Source: Amoebophrya sp. A120
Taxonomy: Eukaryota; Protista; Dinoflagellata
Assembly (NCBI GenBank): GCA_905178155.1
Contig: CAJINV010000001.1
Span: 8,693,642 to 8,757,641, forward strand
DNA length: 64,000 bases
Reading direction: 5' to 3'
Made by a program: the position numbers and the translations under genes. Below, piece after piece: positions 37,269 to 50,144 of this stretch. How positions within the stretch are numbered: position 1 is the first letter of the stretch; every line of letters begins with the position of its first letter. The notes beneath the pieces are model-generated. The model was given only the letters and a program-made list of their open reading frames with translations. It searched no databases and was not told the DNA's origin.

Positions 37269-40200
37269 ATGCAACATCGCCACGAGCTTCCGTCTCGCCC
37301 CCCTACCTTCTCCATCCGACGGCCCCCGGCCGGCGAGGATAGTACTCCGAGAACCGCTCGGTCTGCCGCTACAGCAACGTCTCATAGAGGACGTGGTAGA
37401 GTAGACGAAGTAGAGGACTTCTATCGCAGCAAGAACCACCATCGGGATCGCGACCATCGGGCCGCTCGCGCCTTCAACGACGAACGCATCCATAGTACTA
37501 CTGCAAGAACCTCTACTACTCCACCACGACCTGCCCTGGTCCTCGTGGGCAACAGCCGAGGATTGGAGCGTTCCCGCAGCCGTAACGGAGACAGAGAACA
37601 ACCTCGCCAACATCACCGGCGACGCTCTACTGCCGATCCCACCGCATCCTACATCAACCGCAAGAACTTTTCGCAAATAGAGTCACCCAGAAATAACCAC
37701 CACGGCGAAGAAGAAGCAGAACATCTCCCTTGTTCATCCACAAAGACCACGACCCGAGCAATCAATTATAGCCAGAAGGCTGCTGCTCGACGAGGAGATC
37801 TTCATAGTACACCAGGTCGTACTACTAGCGCACAGAACACTTCTAGACTTGTTCTTGTACCAAGGTCAACTACCTCTGCGAAAGACAAACGGGAGGACAA
37901 CAAAACGAGAACAAGGGAGAAAAATAAAGGAGACAACATGGGTAAGAGTGAGGAGCCGGTGTATCAGCGCGGCGACTACTTGCAGGTCGGCAGCTCGTCG
38001 GGCGGCAGCTCCTCCTCGAGTTCCGCCTCGGGCACGGTGCAGTCGCCGCGGTACCGGGTAGAGCAGCTCGTGGGGCATGGCGCATTCGCCGAACTCTACA
38101 ACGTGTACGACGAACGCTCGCGGTGCAACTACGCCGTGAAGGTGGAGAAGAGCCGGGCGGACGGGAACAGTAAACTGGAAAAGGAATCGCAAATCCAGCG
38201 CGATCTGCACAAAGCGCTAAACTCGCAGGCAGAGTACGAAAAGTCGAAAAGGTATAATAGTACATAGACGCGGCAACATATTCTTGCTTCTACTTAAGTA
38301 TACCTATTCCTTTTCATTCGGACCTGGATTAGTAAGATATACGAAAGGGGATGTCAGTGTCAATCTGAATGTCGAAGTTGTCATACTGGTGTCGAGAGAA
38401 TTAGAAAGACGCAAGAAAAAGCAGTCCACGACTTCGTACAGAGTTTGATTGACGAAGCAAAGTCATTGATGAACACTACCACAGAATCTACGTTCCCCGA
38501 TGGCACGGATTTCACACGACCGACAGTGGGCCGTACATGGTGCTGGACCTTCTGGGACGCGACCTCTCCAAGGTACGCAAGACCGTATCCCGGCATAAGC
38601 TGTCCATCAGCAGTGTGGGCTACCTCGGAGAGCAGCTGATCCGGATTTTGGAGAAGGTCCACGATCAGGGCATCGTTCATCGTGACATCAAGCCACAGAA
38701 TTGTACTTTCTAGTAGCTTGTTTTTGAATCGAGTAAGATGAGTACGCTGGTGTTGATTATGCGCATGCCGCATAATTTCAATTTGCATTCGTGTGATATT
38801 GATTCTTCGAAGACCTTGTTTCAGAGGAAAACGAGTACGCGTAGACGAGGATGCATGTATGATCTCTTGATGTTCAAAGGTGATTCGTGAATTTCATCTG
38901 CGTCTGCTCCGTGACAGAGAATTTTATTCGCATTTTGATAAATTCAAAATTACATCTCAGGTATGCTTGGCAACTGTCAAACAACGAAATTGAACCTCCA
39001 CCTTGTCGATTTCGGTCTCGCGCGGGAAGATTTTTTCGAAGACAAAGTGCACGCAAAACCTGCCACCGGTGTGTCGTTTCGTGGCACCGCCGCCTATGCG
39101 TCTTTGCGGTCCTTGGAGAACGTGGAACAAGGAAAGCGGGATGACATCGAAGGCGTGTTTTGGGTAAGATTTTTTATTTTGCTCCGCAGAAGTGGTGTAT
39201 GTTTGTCGCGCCGGCGCAAAGAACATATGCGAAGCTATTTTACAGATAATATGCACGGAAATTTGAATTATAATTTATCATCATTATCATCATCCGTTTC
39301 ACACTTCGTGGCTATCAATGAAATTATTGAATGTTTCACAGGTTTTCACGGACTTGTTGTGGGGCGGTCTGCCTTGGAGAAGGTTGAACCTTGGAAAGAG
39401 CAAGGAGCGGGATCAGAAAATCCGGTCCGGAAAACAAATGATCTTTGACGCGCTCGAAGACTGGGACGATGGTATTGAAACATCAATTCTCGTTCGTATC
39501 ATTTTCATCTCGACCTTGTTATTATAGCTTGTTTTGGATCCGTGGTCTAGGTTTCAGTTGTCTGCAGCTTCTACTGTACTTACTGAATAATTCAATTTTA
39601 GTGGTGGAGTTGCCATTTTTCAATCACTTTGATTTGAATTCATCTTAGGTCGCCTCCATCTGAAGCTGAAAGCGCATCGAGAGGGCGTCTACTCGGGTCC
39701 GATCGACGAGCATGGGGATTTTTGTCAGACCAGCAGCAACGATGGCGGGTCTCTGATTGAAGCCCTTCCCGAGCCCATGGTCGAATACTGCCGAGAAATG
39801 CGCAGTTTGGGCTTCAACGAGAAACCAGACTACAGCTTCTTCGCCGGCTGCTTCGAGAGGCTGAAAACTTTGGGTATGATACGTGATGTCTCAGATCAAC
39901 ATTAAAATACAAAAAGAATTTGACTCTTTGCTGCATGATTTTTGCTGATCATACATGTGTTATCACCAGCCACGCATCTACTTCTGTGCATCAAACTAAC
40001 GCGGTTACAACTTCTCCGCGCAAGCGCGCGCATTGGTTTCTTTTTTTGGTTGTACTAACTTCTAGTGCGGAAAAATTTGCGGAGAAAGTGAACGTCGCAT
40101 GATCTGTCCCCACAGGCGACCGCAATGGGAATTTGCGCAAGAAGTTCGAGGCCCGGACGCTTCGGGAGGCCATATCCAAGGAGATTTACGCGCATCACCA

Positions 40201-41140
40201 CGCGGACCAGAACTTCAATCGGCTCACCTCGATGGCCCCCATCAACAACAGCTTGCTGCAGCAGGTCCCGAACACGGCCCCCGTGTCCCGGAAGCGTACT
40301 CGCCCGGGGGACCACGAAGAAAACGAGATCGACGAGGAGGTTTTTCCTGCGGCCGTCCGACAAAAAAGGAGCAGCCAGAATCACGCCGCGGACCTCCAGG
40401 AAATTCTCGCGCAGCAGAGGAGTAAAAGGACCTCCCGGATGATCGAGGAGGAGTTGCAGCGCGGTGGCAACAACCCGGTTCTCCCCATTGATCCCGCGAG
40501 CGACCGCGTCGGGAACACGATTTACCCCAACAACAGCTATACAGGACCGGACAGCGGATTTATCCCCCCGCCGGCTGCGAAGCGCGCGTACCTGCAGGCC
40601 CACCCAACGAACACCAGCATGGCGAATGGCGGCTCGAGCTGCAGCAGCGGCGGCGGGCTGACGAGTCAGGCCGTAGAGTCCGTACGGCCGACCAGCAGTG
40701 CGGACGGTGGAACCGCAACCGCCCCGCAGCGACAACCGAACCAGCTCACCCGGACGCAGCGTGTCAACACCATGGAGCCCGAAGAGCTCGAAGAGCTGAA
40801 CCGCGGGCGGGGACGTACTACTGTCGCTGGTGACGGCACCACGCGGCCTCAGTCCGGCCGGAGTGGGCCGAATCGAAGCGGGAACGCGGCGCGGCGCTCA
40901 AGTCCCCCGCGCGACGGCGACGCAACTACCCGCGCAACGGGTGGTGCGACCAATGCGCGGACCGGGTCGGCGAAAAACGACAATCGGCGAAATAACTCCC
41001 GCAACGCGCCTGAGCAGGCCCCCAACTCCAGCCGCAGCAGCGCGCCGCAGAACAGTCGGGGGGGCAATAACACGCGCGGAAACGGGCGTGGTGGATCCTC
41101 ACGGCCCACCAGCAGTCGGCAACCGCGGAGCGGACGCTAG
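37269..41140 (+). CDS. CK1-superfamily (TTBK/CK1-like) Ser/Thr kinase; exons 37269-38251, 38485-38702, 38961-39163, 39342-39471, 39649-39873, 40116-41140
   Basis: Motifs GHGAFAELY, AVKVE, MVLDLLGRDL, HRDIKPQN, DFGLA, FRGTAAYAS, RDDIE, GLPW and EKPDY. All five introns are GT-AG. Confidence 0.9.
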
Positions 41141-42943
41141 TTCGTCGTAGCGCAAATACGACGAGTGGGTCTCCCAAAAATCTAAAATCATTGAGCGACA
41201 ACTAAAATCTTACTTCTTACTTACTTGTTCAACTGTACATCTTCAACGCTAACCTTTCCAAATAAACCAAGACGAAGTGATAAGATACGCGACAACATTG
41301 ACGCAAAAAGACGAACCGCATGATCTCAAAATATCAAAAAACATATAGAAGTCATTCCAAGCGCATTGTGCTAGTATCGTTTTCTTGTATCAACTAACTA
41401 ACAACTTATACTGAAATTTGCAGCTGCAGAAACGTCCTTCAAAGAGCACCTGTACGAAGCAACGCAAGAGAGCTGCGGGAAGAAGTCGTCTATTAAATGA
41501 ACAATCAGTCACTGCTACCTAGCATCGACAATGCAGTAATATACAGTTTCTGACCTCAGTGACGAGAGCGTCGAAACAACGTAGAAGGAGAATTTGGAAC
41601 GCCCGACAATCTATCAAGCGATAATTGTATGCAAAATCGGACTAAGAGCTGGCAGTCACACAATTTCTGATTTTTTGCGACGTAGAGCGGTGGGTGCTAG
41701 GGCTTTTCCTCCATTGAGTATCAGGCTTTCTTACACGACGACTATCCCACTGCTAGGACAAAGACCATTTAAGAATAAGACGTAGTTCGCGTGCCCGATT
41801 GTATAGTTGAAGATGTATTGTATTTATGTAAACCCCCGGCGTCACTCCTCCCCTTCCCTACCCAAAACTAATTCTTACGGAAGTTTTCTGAAAAATATCG
41901 AGATCCACCGCTTGTACATTCAAGTCGAAACTCGCTTTATTAATTTCACTCTTCACTGGCGACGCGAGAATCTTTCAAGAGCGGAAGAAATGAACGAATT
42001 TACGCTAAGCATGTACACTTTTTGTACGGAATGAAAAATGTCAATTTTATGCCATCTGCAAGTGTCGATTTGTTCGCATATTTTCTGAGTTTGAGGGAAC
42101 TAAAACTTCATCAACCTCCAGTTCTTTTTATAGCGTTTTTCGTCTGTACCGCTGTTCGACTTTGATTGTGTAGAAGTATAGTTGACCGGGCTCGGTTCTC
42201 GTCTTTACGTTTGCTCTTCTTTACAACTCACAGTTTTCTCACAGCGTAAGCGTATGCGTATGGTGTATTTTCGTCGCGTTCTTTCTGCTCAGGTCGCGTG
42301 ATTGATGTCCGACCAAGAAATTTTTCAAAATGATGAAAAATCCTCCTGCATTTGAAGGTATGGCAATGATTCTCAATAGGTGTACTGTACATTCTTGTTT
42401 TGCTCGCTAAAAACAGCAGTATCAATACAGCGAACCTGTTGCAGTCTTTGTACGTAAGAAACGCAATCATGACAGCCTGAAACAAACAGCGTGTGCATTT
42501 TTTGTGTCACTAGATAACAAAAAAATATCGTGAGACACACAAGAAAAGCCGGCACGCAAAAGCTTCTTCCGAAAAGGAATCTTGAAATAACTCCAGGCTG
42601 TCTTGTATCTGCACTTATTATCTTCCTCCAAAACGAATTAATACGAATCCTCCCCACCTTACAATTACTCCACAAAAATGCCGTCGCCGATCAGGTGTGA
42701 ACATGAAAAAAAAGAAAAGAAGTCAGTTTCAATTTGCCACTATTGCTCGTGCTGGAAGTTGTAGACAGCACGCATGCACACCCTGTGGTGCGACTTAGGT
42801 AAAGCTGTTCCTTTCCACATGGCTGTGCAACCAAAACATACAACTAACTGGCAGAGCACTTCCGCGCACTCTTCCTTTCCCGACAGGATGATCGCTAGAT
42901 TCACACTTTTTGAATTGCCCTACCTGCGCATAGCGCTTACACG

Positions 42944-45205
42944 TATCCAGGTCTCACTCTCGATCTCCTTCTACGATAAATGAGCATTTGTCGTAGACCA
43001 TTCCGGCCAACGCTCAAACCAGCTAAAAGTCGGTTTTGTTGCTGATCAAAAGAGAGTTTAGTAGTACTATCGTGTTGGTGAGAACGTGGATGGGTAACTG
43101 TAGATAGTGGTGAAAAAACGGATCTTGCGAGCGTTGTATTATTATCTCCTCGACCTAAAACTCGTTTTTACTTTCCTTTTTTGTAAAACTCACCTTGTCC
43201 CGATAAGAAAGTCAAGCACTCGCTCACTTTTGCTCTAGCTTTGCCTTTTCCCTTTGCACAGTATTAGCTTGTTGTTGGTAAGAGAAAAATTATCTCCCCG
43301 ACCTGTAGCTCGTTCCGCCTCCTCCTTTACAAAAAAAGTGAAATTTTCCGCCTTTCGAAATCAGCAACAAGTAGATCGTTATGTTTTGACTAGCGCTACC
43401 TAGAAATAGTCGATCTAGCCTACCTAGAGTTTCGTGCCACAAGAGAGCCCGGTGAAAGAAGTTGAAAAGTGAACCCGCAGAGAAAGACAGACCGTGAAAC
43501 CTGGACAATCGCTGCCATAGTCGACTTTGTCGGCTGGCTAGCTATGTATGTTTTATGTCTCCTCGGCCGGTAGCGAGCCGCATCTTCGCGAAAGCCGTGC
43601 ATTTGCCACTAGTTATAGGTGAGACCGCATCTCTCACGCCCCGCGTTGTTCCTGGGCCGTAGTGTCATATCTACTTCTCCAGGCGCGGCGCATAGCGCTT
43701 TTTTTCGATTTGTAGACCCTCGTCGGCACAACTTTTAGATTGTAACGTGGCGGCGCGCGCAATGCGAATGCTATCGCTCGCGGTGCTCAGTTCTCTCTGA
43801 GTTTTGGATTTCCCTTGTCGGGGTGACGGTTTTCTAGTTAGGTTCAGCCTGGGTCGATTTGGGTCGACAGCAGTACTTTTCAGACGATAGGACGTCTTTC
43901 TCTTTCTGTGCGTTCCGAAGGGAGTTTTGTTTCGCGTCCCCACCAACGGACCGGCTTGCGCTGACTGTCTGCTAGGTCCTGGCGGGCGCCGTTCGCCCAG
44001 GTGGAAGTGTGTCGCGTCCTACGGGTTTCGTAGTGGAGTTAGTTTTGCGGTGTCCTCTGGTGGGGGACGGTTTCGCTATCACAAACCGGCTTTTATAGGC
44101 CCCCCCGGCCGAGCCAGCCAAGGGGACGACGGCCGGGCTTTTGCCTGGGGGGCGTGCTCCCTTTAGTATGGCCTCAGTGCCCCGGGATCGGGTAGAAGTT
44201 TTTGCCCAGGTGGGGGTCTGTGGTTTTGTGTCATGGGCTAGTTGCCACCGTTTGGGTGCAGTTGGCTTCTCGCCTGATTGTTTGCTAGCAGGCGGCTTTA
44301 GGAGCCGTCTCAGGGTGTTCTCTAGCTGAGTTGCGGGTGGAACAAGGAGCCCTGGGCGGGTTGCGCGTACGGGTCTCGGGGATTGCTCGCGGACAGAGGT
44401 TCTAGTTTTTCTTAGTCTGTTGCCCGTTAGGCCCTTCTCCAGGTCGGAAGGGCCCGCCTCGTCGTTTCACCATTCGGGTGCCCGGAATCCAAGCAAGCTC
44501 GCCTTTGTTTTCGCGCTACTTACGGGTGCTGTCCGCTTTCGTTCTCAGGGTTTCCTTTCTTCCAGATAGATCTCAAGGCCCGGTGGCCAGGGGAGGGCTG
44601 CCTTTGGAATTGCTTTTCGGCATTGAATGGCTGCAGATCTTTGTCGAGCTTGGCTCGCTGCTGTCCAGTTGCGCCCGCTAGTGGGGGCTGCTGTTGGTTG
44701 GCGGGTCCTTGGGTGACCACTGTTCTGTTGATGGACAGGCACTGTGCCTTGTTGCCGGTTTTGTTTGGCCCGCTTCGCCTTTGTCAGAAGGGGTAGCTAG
44801 CACCGCGTCCCGACGAGGATTGCTGCGAAGTGGTTGGCTTTTTGTTGAAGACTATCGAAGAAGCCTGTACTCGCCTTGTTTTTTTTTGTTGATGGTTTGC
44901 TGCTTTCTCATCACCCCTGTGCCGCGTGGATTGTGGGTGCTATTGCTTGTTGCTACGCCGTTTCTCCCTTCCATTTATTTCCGACACAGCTTGGGGCTGT
45001 TTTCCTGTTTCGAGGGGGTTTTCCGCCTCTTCATTATTGTGGGAGGTTCGCGCTGCCGTTCGTCCGGCGGCTGGCCCTCCTTGTGTCATTGCTATCTCGC
45101 CCTATCTCGCCCTCCTTGTGTCATTGCTATCTCCTGTGCCAACGTGGAGCAAGGAAAGCGGGATCCCTATCCAGGTCTCACTCTCGATCTCCTTCTACGA
45201 TAAAT
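42944..45205. mobile_element. 2.2-kb compositionally distinct segment between 38-bp direct repeats (possible insertion or decayed TE)
   Basis: TATCCAGGTCTCACTCTCGATCTCCTTCTACGATAAAT at 42944-42981 and 45168-45205. The interior is G/T-skewed and has no credible ORF. Confidence 0.5.
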
Positions 45206-45552
45206 ACGAAAGATCATGACTCAGGATCCCATCAGCCCCCAAGTTGTATATATCGTAGTGCTATTTCAAGGCTCAAACTAGTATGAAGGAAAGCAGCGAC
45301 AAACGAAAGTTTGTTCAGGAAAGTTCTTTTGCTTGTACAGTGAAAAGTTTTTACTAAAAAAAAACTTGGAATTCGAATATTGACATAACTCGCTTCGTTT
45401 GGTGATTTTGTATTTGTTCCCATTCCTCAGCGAAACAAAATCTTCATTTAGTGTGTTGATAAGTAAGGCTTTTGAGGTTGTGATTTGTGAGACATAGGAC
45501 GTTCATCTTTCTTTTCCTGCAATTGGAAAACTCCGTATAAAAATCGAAGAAA

Positions 45553-46500
45553 ATGGCGATTCTGTCCAAGTTGAAGCACGTGACCGCTGCCGCCCTTTTC
45601 CTGGGCACGACGATGCAGCAAAACTTCCGACTGGCAGCTGCGGAGGACGCCGCCGCGGCGGACGACAAGGAGCTTGACGACCTCGATGACGAGTCCACCG
45701 CCGCTTCGAGTGTCCCCGGCGAGCCGCTGGTGCTGACGGACGCCTCGTTTAAGAGCGAGTTGGACAAGGCCCTGAAACCGATGTTCGTCAAGTTTTACGC
45801 GCCCTGGTGCGGGCACTGCAAGGCGATGGCGGCGGACTGGGACAAGCTCGCGGAACAGGCGACGGGGGCGGTGATCGCGAAGGTGGACGCGACGGTGGAG
45901 CGGGAAGCCGCGAACTTGATGAAGGTGCGGGGCTTCCTATGCAAGAAAAAAACTGCGTGAGTGTAACTCTGTTTATGCAGAACATGCTACTACGCTTACG
46001 CCTGTCATGCCAGACAGCCATGAGTTCCTCTTTTCATGCGTGTTTTCCCTTACAAGTAGCCACGCATGACAGATTTTCTCTGACATGTAGAGCAAATTTG
46101 TGATGCTGTCGGCCAAAGATAGTTACACTAACACAGTTTTTTTCTTGGATACTTCCCGACGCTGACCCTGTTCGACAAGAACGTGATGTACAGCTACAAC
46201 GGGCCGCGGACCCTGGACGCCATGCTGCAGTTCGCGAACGGCGGCTACAAGGCGGGTAGTAGCAAAAACCTGCCCTGGAACGAGTCCATCGTGGACAAGG
46301 TGAAACAGCACGTGGAGGAGTACTTCACCAAGGTCGGCCAGATCATGGCCTTCGAGCCGACCATCCTGCCAATTTGCTTCTTCCTCGGCTTCTTCTTCGC
46401 GTTTATTTTCTTCTTCCTCTGCTGCGGCTTCTCCTCCTCCTCGTCCCCGGTCGACAAGAAGGAGCTGAAAAAGGCGGAAAAGGCAGCCAAGGCGGAGTAA
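45553..46500 (+). CDS. PDI/TMX-like thioredoxin-domain membrane protein; exons 45553-45937 and 46157-46500
   Basis: FVKFYAPWCGHCK and IAKVDAT. Removing introner H restores VRGFPTLTLF...YNGPRT. N-terminal signal-like segment and a C-terminal TM helix. Confidence 0.92.
45938..46151. mobile_element. Introner H (TIR family 2), 214 bp
   Basis: TATGCAAGAAAAAAACTGCGTGAGTGTAACT...AGTTACACTAACACAGTTTTTTTCTTGGATA; TSD CTTCC. Confidence 0.95.
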
Positions 46501-47375
46501 AGGAACAAAGCATGGAGTTGCGACAAAATGGAATATGATGTAACAGCAGAAGTCAAGCGGTATGTGCGAACAAGAATGTTTAGCGTAACATGATCATCTG
46601 CACACTTCGAAGAAAACGAAACACCGTTGCTTTGTTCTTTTTTCCCCGGGAAGATGATTTTTTTCTTTGAAGAACACTTGGTTGGCACTTTCTTGCTTGC
46701 ACCGCTCGACGAGGCATTCCGTCAGACCACGAACTTGGCTTTTTGTACACTACACGACACACTCTTCACTTCGCTCACATTGACTTTCTTCAAATTGTAC
46801 ACACTCACTGACTCGCAACTGCTTGCATTTCACCTATACGTATCACGGGAAGGCGTTTTTGCCTTTATCGTCTTTTATGGCGGCTTTCGACGCACCACAC
46901 CTACGCACTCAGGGAGGAAGCAGCCAATCAGGAGGATGGATGGCTTTCTCGAGAAACCGTCTTCGCGACTGTTTTTATGAAAACGAAAAAGCCCGCAAAA
47001 AAAGCAAAAAAATCCAAACCAGCGGAGCGCTGTTAAATACCGGCGTAGAGTCTTAATCTGCACCGCGTGCGTGTCTGTGTCTCAACCCGTCTGTTTGAGT
47101 CTGAAGTGGAATAGGCTGACAGACTTTCATCTTTCAGGGATAGAAAAAAGAATTAGTGTCAGTTCGAGGCTCAGTAGACGCTTTTGAGAAAAAGGAATGT
47201 TGAGTTTAGTACACTGACGTGTTGAGCGGTTTCAGACGAGGGTAAAAAATGATGACAACGTTGTAAGAAAACGCATTGATTGAATTCATGCGCTATCGTG
47301 GCGTGCTCGTGTGTGTCGTCTCCGCTAGAATTCGAAACCAAGAATAGTTTTTCTCAGTCACGATCGTGAAGAAAG

Positions 47376-49502
47376 ATGGCGGGTGTGCTAGATCAAGGTC
47401 GTCGACCTGCTGCTGCGCCATCTCTCGCGTCCCCCGCCGCCGCGTCCACTGGTACTGCGATCAGCTTTAATCGCGCGTCCATGGAGACGGAGCTGCGGCT
47501 CTTTTGTTTGGATTTGGTTGCGGGCTACCGCTCGGACCTGCAAAAGCAAGTAACGGAACTCCAGCTCTGGCGAGCAGGATTGGCAAAGACGGGCACCAGC
47601 GAGGGTTCCTTATTTCGCGCATCCGACACCGACGTGGATCATCCCGGGGCAGACGAAGCTGCAGGAGACGATGTTACTACCGAACAGCGGATGAAGCTTA
47701 CTAGCGGAGCACGGACAAAGTACTTGTTTGCCACCGAAGATCCGCACAATTCAAGCGCAAGCAAGAATGGTACTTCTAAGACCACCTCCCAGATGTTGAG
47801 CGGGGACCCCTCCACTTGTTCTGATGCGGACGAGGTACGCAACTACTTGCAACGGGAGCAAAATGCGGTGGAATTCCGTGCTGTCCTACGCGATCTGCTC
47901 CCCGAGGAGTGTCAGAGCGAGCTGCGGCGGGCCATCCACTTTTTGGCCACCGGCCGGGACTTGGATACCTTGCGCGAGGACCTGGCTCTGTTCGAACAGC
48001 GGCGGCAGGAGGACGAGAAGCGCTTGCGCTCCCTGGAAAAGCGGATTGCGCACGCACTGGATCACGGTTTTTCATCAGGAGAAGTTCAAGGCAGCATCGG
48101 TGAAGATGGTGAAATTGAAGCAGCGAGCCAGGAAACTGACACTTCTACACCGGGCCGCGCACCACCTGCAATGGCCAGCAAAGGGAAGATGTCATCGAAA
48201 CCTGGTGCTAAATCGAATCTCACGGATCATGCTGGAGGAGAGCAACTTTACCAACCAGCGTTGACTCCCAACAAAGGGGGCGAAGATAAGGATAAAGCAA
48301 ACGCAAACCCTGCTGCTGGTGCTCCCGGCGCGTCTTCCTCTACTGCTTCGGGCAACAAGGCAAACAAGACTGTGCTGATCGTTCCAAAGCAGAATACTCA
48401 GAACACGCTGTCGCCGTCTGCTGGCGGTGGAGCCAATGATGGAGCAGTCCAGTCTTCGGGTCGCATCAACTCGAAAACACTAACACTGCTCCAGTCCTCG
48501 GATCACCAAGCGGGGGCCCACGGCAGCTCCCGGAGCCCGTCGAAGACCACCCGCGCATTGTCACCGCGTGGCAGCTTTAACCTTGGATCCTCGACGTCGA
48601 CCTCCGGCCTAGCAGAGCAAGCGGTTGGCGCAGCAGCACCGTCTCCAGGACATAAACCTCCAAGAGGCATGGTAGAGATTACGCGGGATATCGTGGTCGG
48701 GACCGAACCGCCGAAGCCAACCCCGACGTCGACCTCAGAACAAACCAACCAGCAGGCTCCTTCCGCACCCATTACTTTTTTGGAAGCGCAGAAAATGAAG
48801 GCGGAGGCAAGAGACCGAAAACGCGAAATCGACGAAGTCTCGAACCACGTGGAGCAGCAGCTGCAGCGGTTGTGCCGGGAGTTTGCGCAGCTGCAGAGCA
48901 GCACCACGCGCATGCTGGACGGACTGCAAACGCAGATCGACCAACTTGCAGCGTCCTTCGACACCCGCGACAGCGAGACGCGCAGCATGTTTGTCAGGTT
49001 ACAGAGTCACATAGATTTGCTCGTGCAGCAACCCGCTTTCTACGGGGGTGTAGGGAAGAACCGAGATGGAAACGAGGAAAGTGTAACACCGACGGAGCAA
49101 ATTATTTCCTCCGGGGCACAAATGAGCAGTCTTAATGCGGAGCCAGGGCCTGCTCCTCCTGATTTCAGAGATGCAATAGACCTAGGCGGAGATGAGGACG
49201 AGGATCATCGCGGGCGGAATCTTCAGACTGTCGATGTAGTGCGGGAAGAAGCAAATGACGGCGCGCCACTAGAGCGGCAGTTCAGCGAAGAGCAAGACCA
49301 CATGCATGTTGGTAGCGAGCCAGTACTGTGGGAGACCCGAACGGAAGCAATGCAGCGAGTTCGGGCGCAGATGGAAAAGATCGAAGCGCGCTTAAGCGCT
49401 GCGGAAAAACAGATTCAGGAGCGCACGTTGGTCATGCAAAGTGGGCTGCGAACGGAGTACGATCGCCTGCGGCATGCTATGTTGCAGCAAGACGGAGAAT
49501 AA
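47376..49502 (+). CDS. Hypothetical coiled-coil/low-complexity protein (708 aa)
   Basis: Long ATG-initiated ORF with coiled-coil-like segments. Confidence 0.75.
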   Translation: MAGVLDQGRRPAAAPSLASPAAASTGTAISFNRASMETELRLFCLDLVAGYRSDLQKQVTELQLWRAGLAKTGTSEGSLFRASDTDVDHPGADEAAGDDVTTEQRMKLTSGARTKYLFATEDPHNSSASKNGTSKTTSQMLSGDPSTCSDADEVRNYLQREQNAVEFRAVLRDLLPEECQSELRRAIHFLATGRDLDTLREDLALFEQRRQEDEKRLRSLEKRIAHALDHGFSSGEVQGSIGEDGEIEAASQETDTSTPGRAPPAMASKGKMSSKPGAKSNLTDHAGGEQLYQPALTPNKGGEDKDKANANPAAGAPGASSSTASGNKANKTVLIVPKQNTQNTLSPSAGGGANDGAVQSSGRINSKTLTLLQSSDHQAGAHGSSRSPSKTTRALSPRGSFNLGSSTSTSGLAEQAVGAAAPSPGHKPPRGMVEITRDIVVGTEPPKPTPTSTSEQTNQQAPSAPITFLEAQKMKAEARDRKREIDEVSNHVEQQLQRLCREFAQLQSSTTRMLDGLQTQIDQLAASFDTRDSETRSMFVRLQSHIDLLVQQPAFYGGVGKNRDGNEESVTPTEQIISSGAQMSSLNAEPGPAPPDFRDAIDLGGDEDEDHRGRNLQTVDVVREEANDGAPLERQFSEEQDHMHVGSEPVLWETRTEAMQRVRAQMEKIEARLSAAEKQIQERTLVMQSGLRTEYDRLRHAMLQQDGE

Positions 49503-50144
49503 GTACGGAACAGTGAAAATCGACTTGCACTTGCTCGTCACCAGCGCGTCACAGTAGAAGAAAAGGAAAGTTAAATAGAAAAGGCTTGAATTTGTTGATA
49601 GTTTTGGTGAGTGTGTCGTAACAAGAAGATGCAAAAAGTAGTAAAGTTTGTTTGGTAGTTGTGAAAAACAACTCCTTCGCTGAAAGAAACACGAAACTTT
49701 TTTGACCAGCCTGCCGCTCGCCGTCAGTGATGTGACATGATACGTGACAGAGTATACAAAAATACCGCCAGTGGTGCTGCCGCAAAAGCTTACCGTGGGA
49801 TGGCACTCTCATCTCAAATCACAAGCGTTGTTCTTCTTGCAGCTAGTGCGTTCGAGTTCTTTCTCATCTTTTTGGATCTACTTTTTTTCCTGATCGCTCT
49901 AGTAGAAGACAAAAGCCACTGAAAAATAAAGCCCCGGAATGTAGTCGAACAGCACTTCGTGTGGTGGCGACGCGGCAGAAATGCGGTGGCATTTGATGAA
50001 GATCTGTGGGCCGGGTCTTCAAGTACAAGTTCGCAGATCCGCAGGCTCCCGCGGAAGCTAGACACAGGCCGTGCACTCCCATTCGTGGGCACACACTAGA
50101 TGCAGACGCCGCACTTGGTAACCAGACCCAGAGCCACAAGCAGC

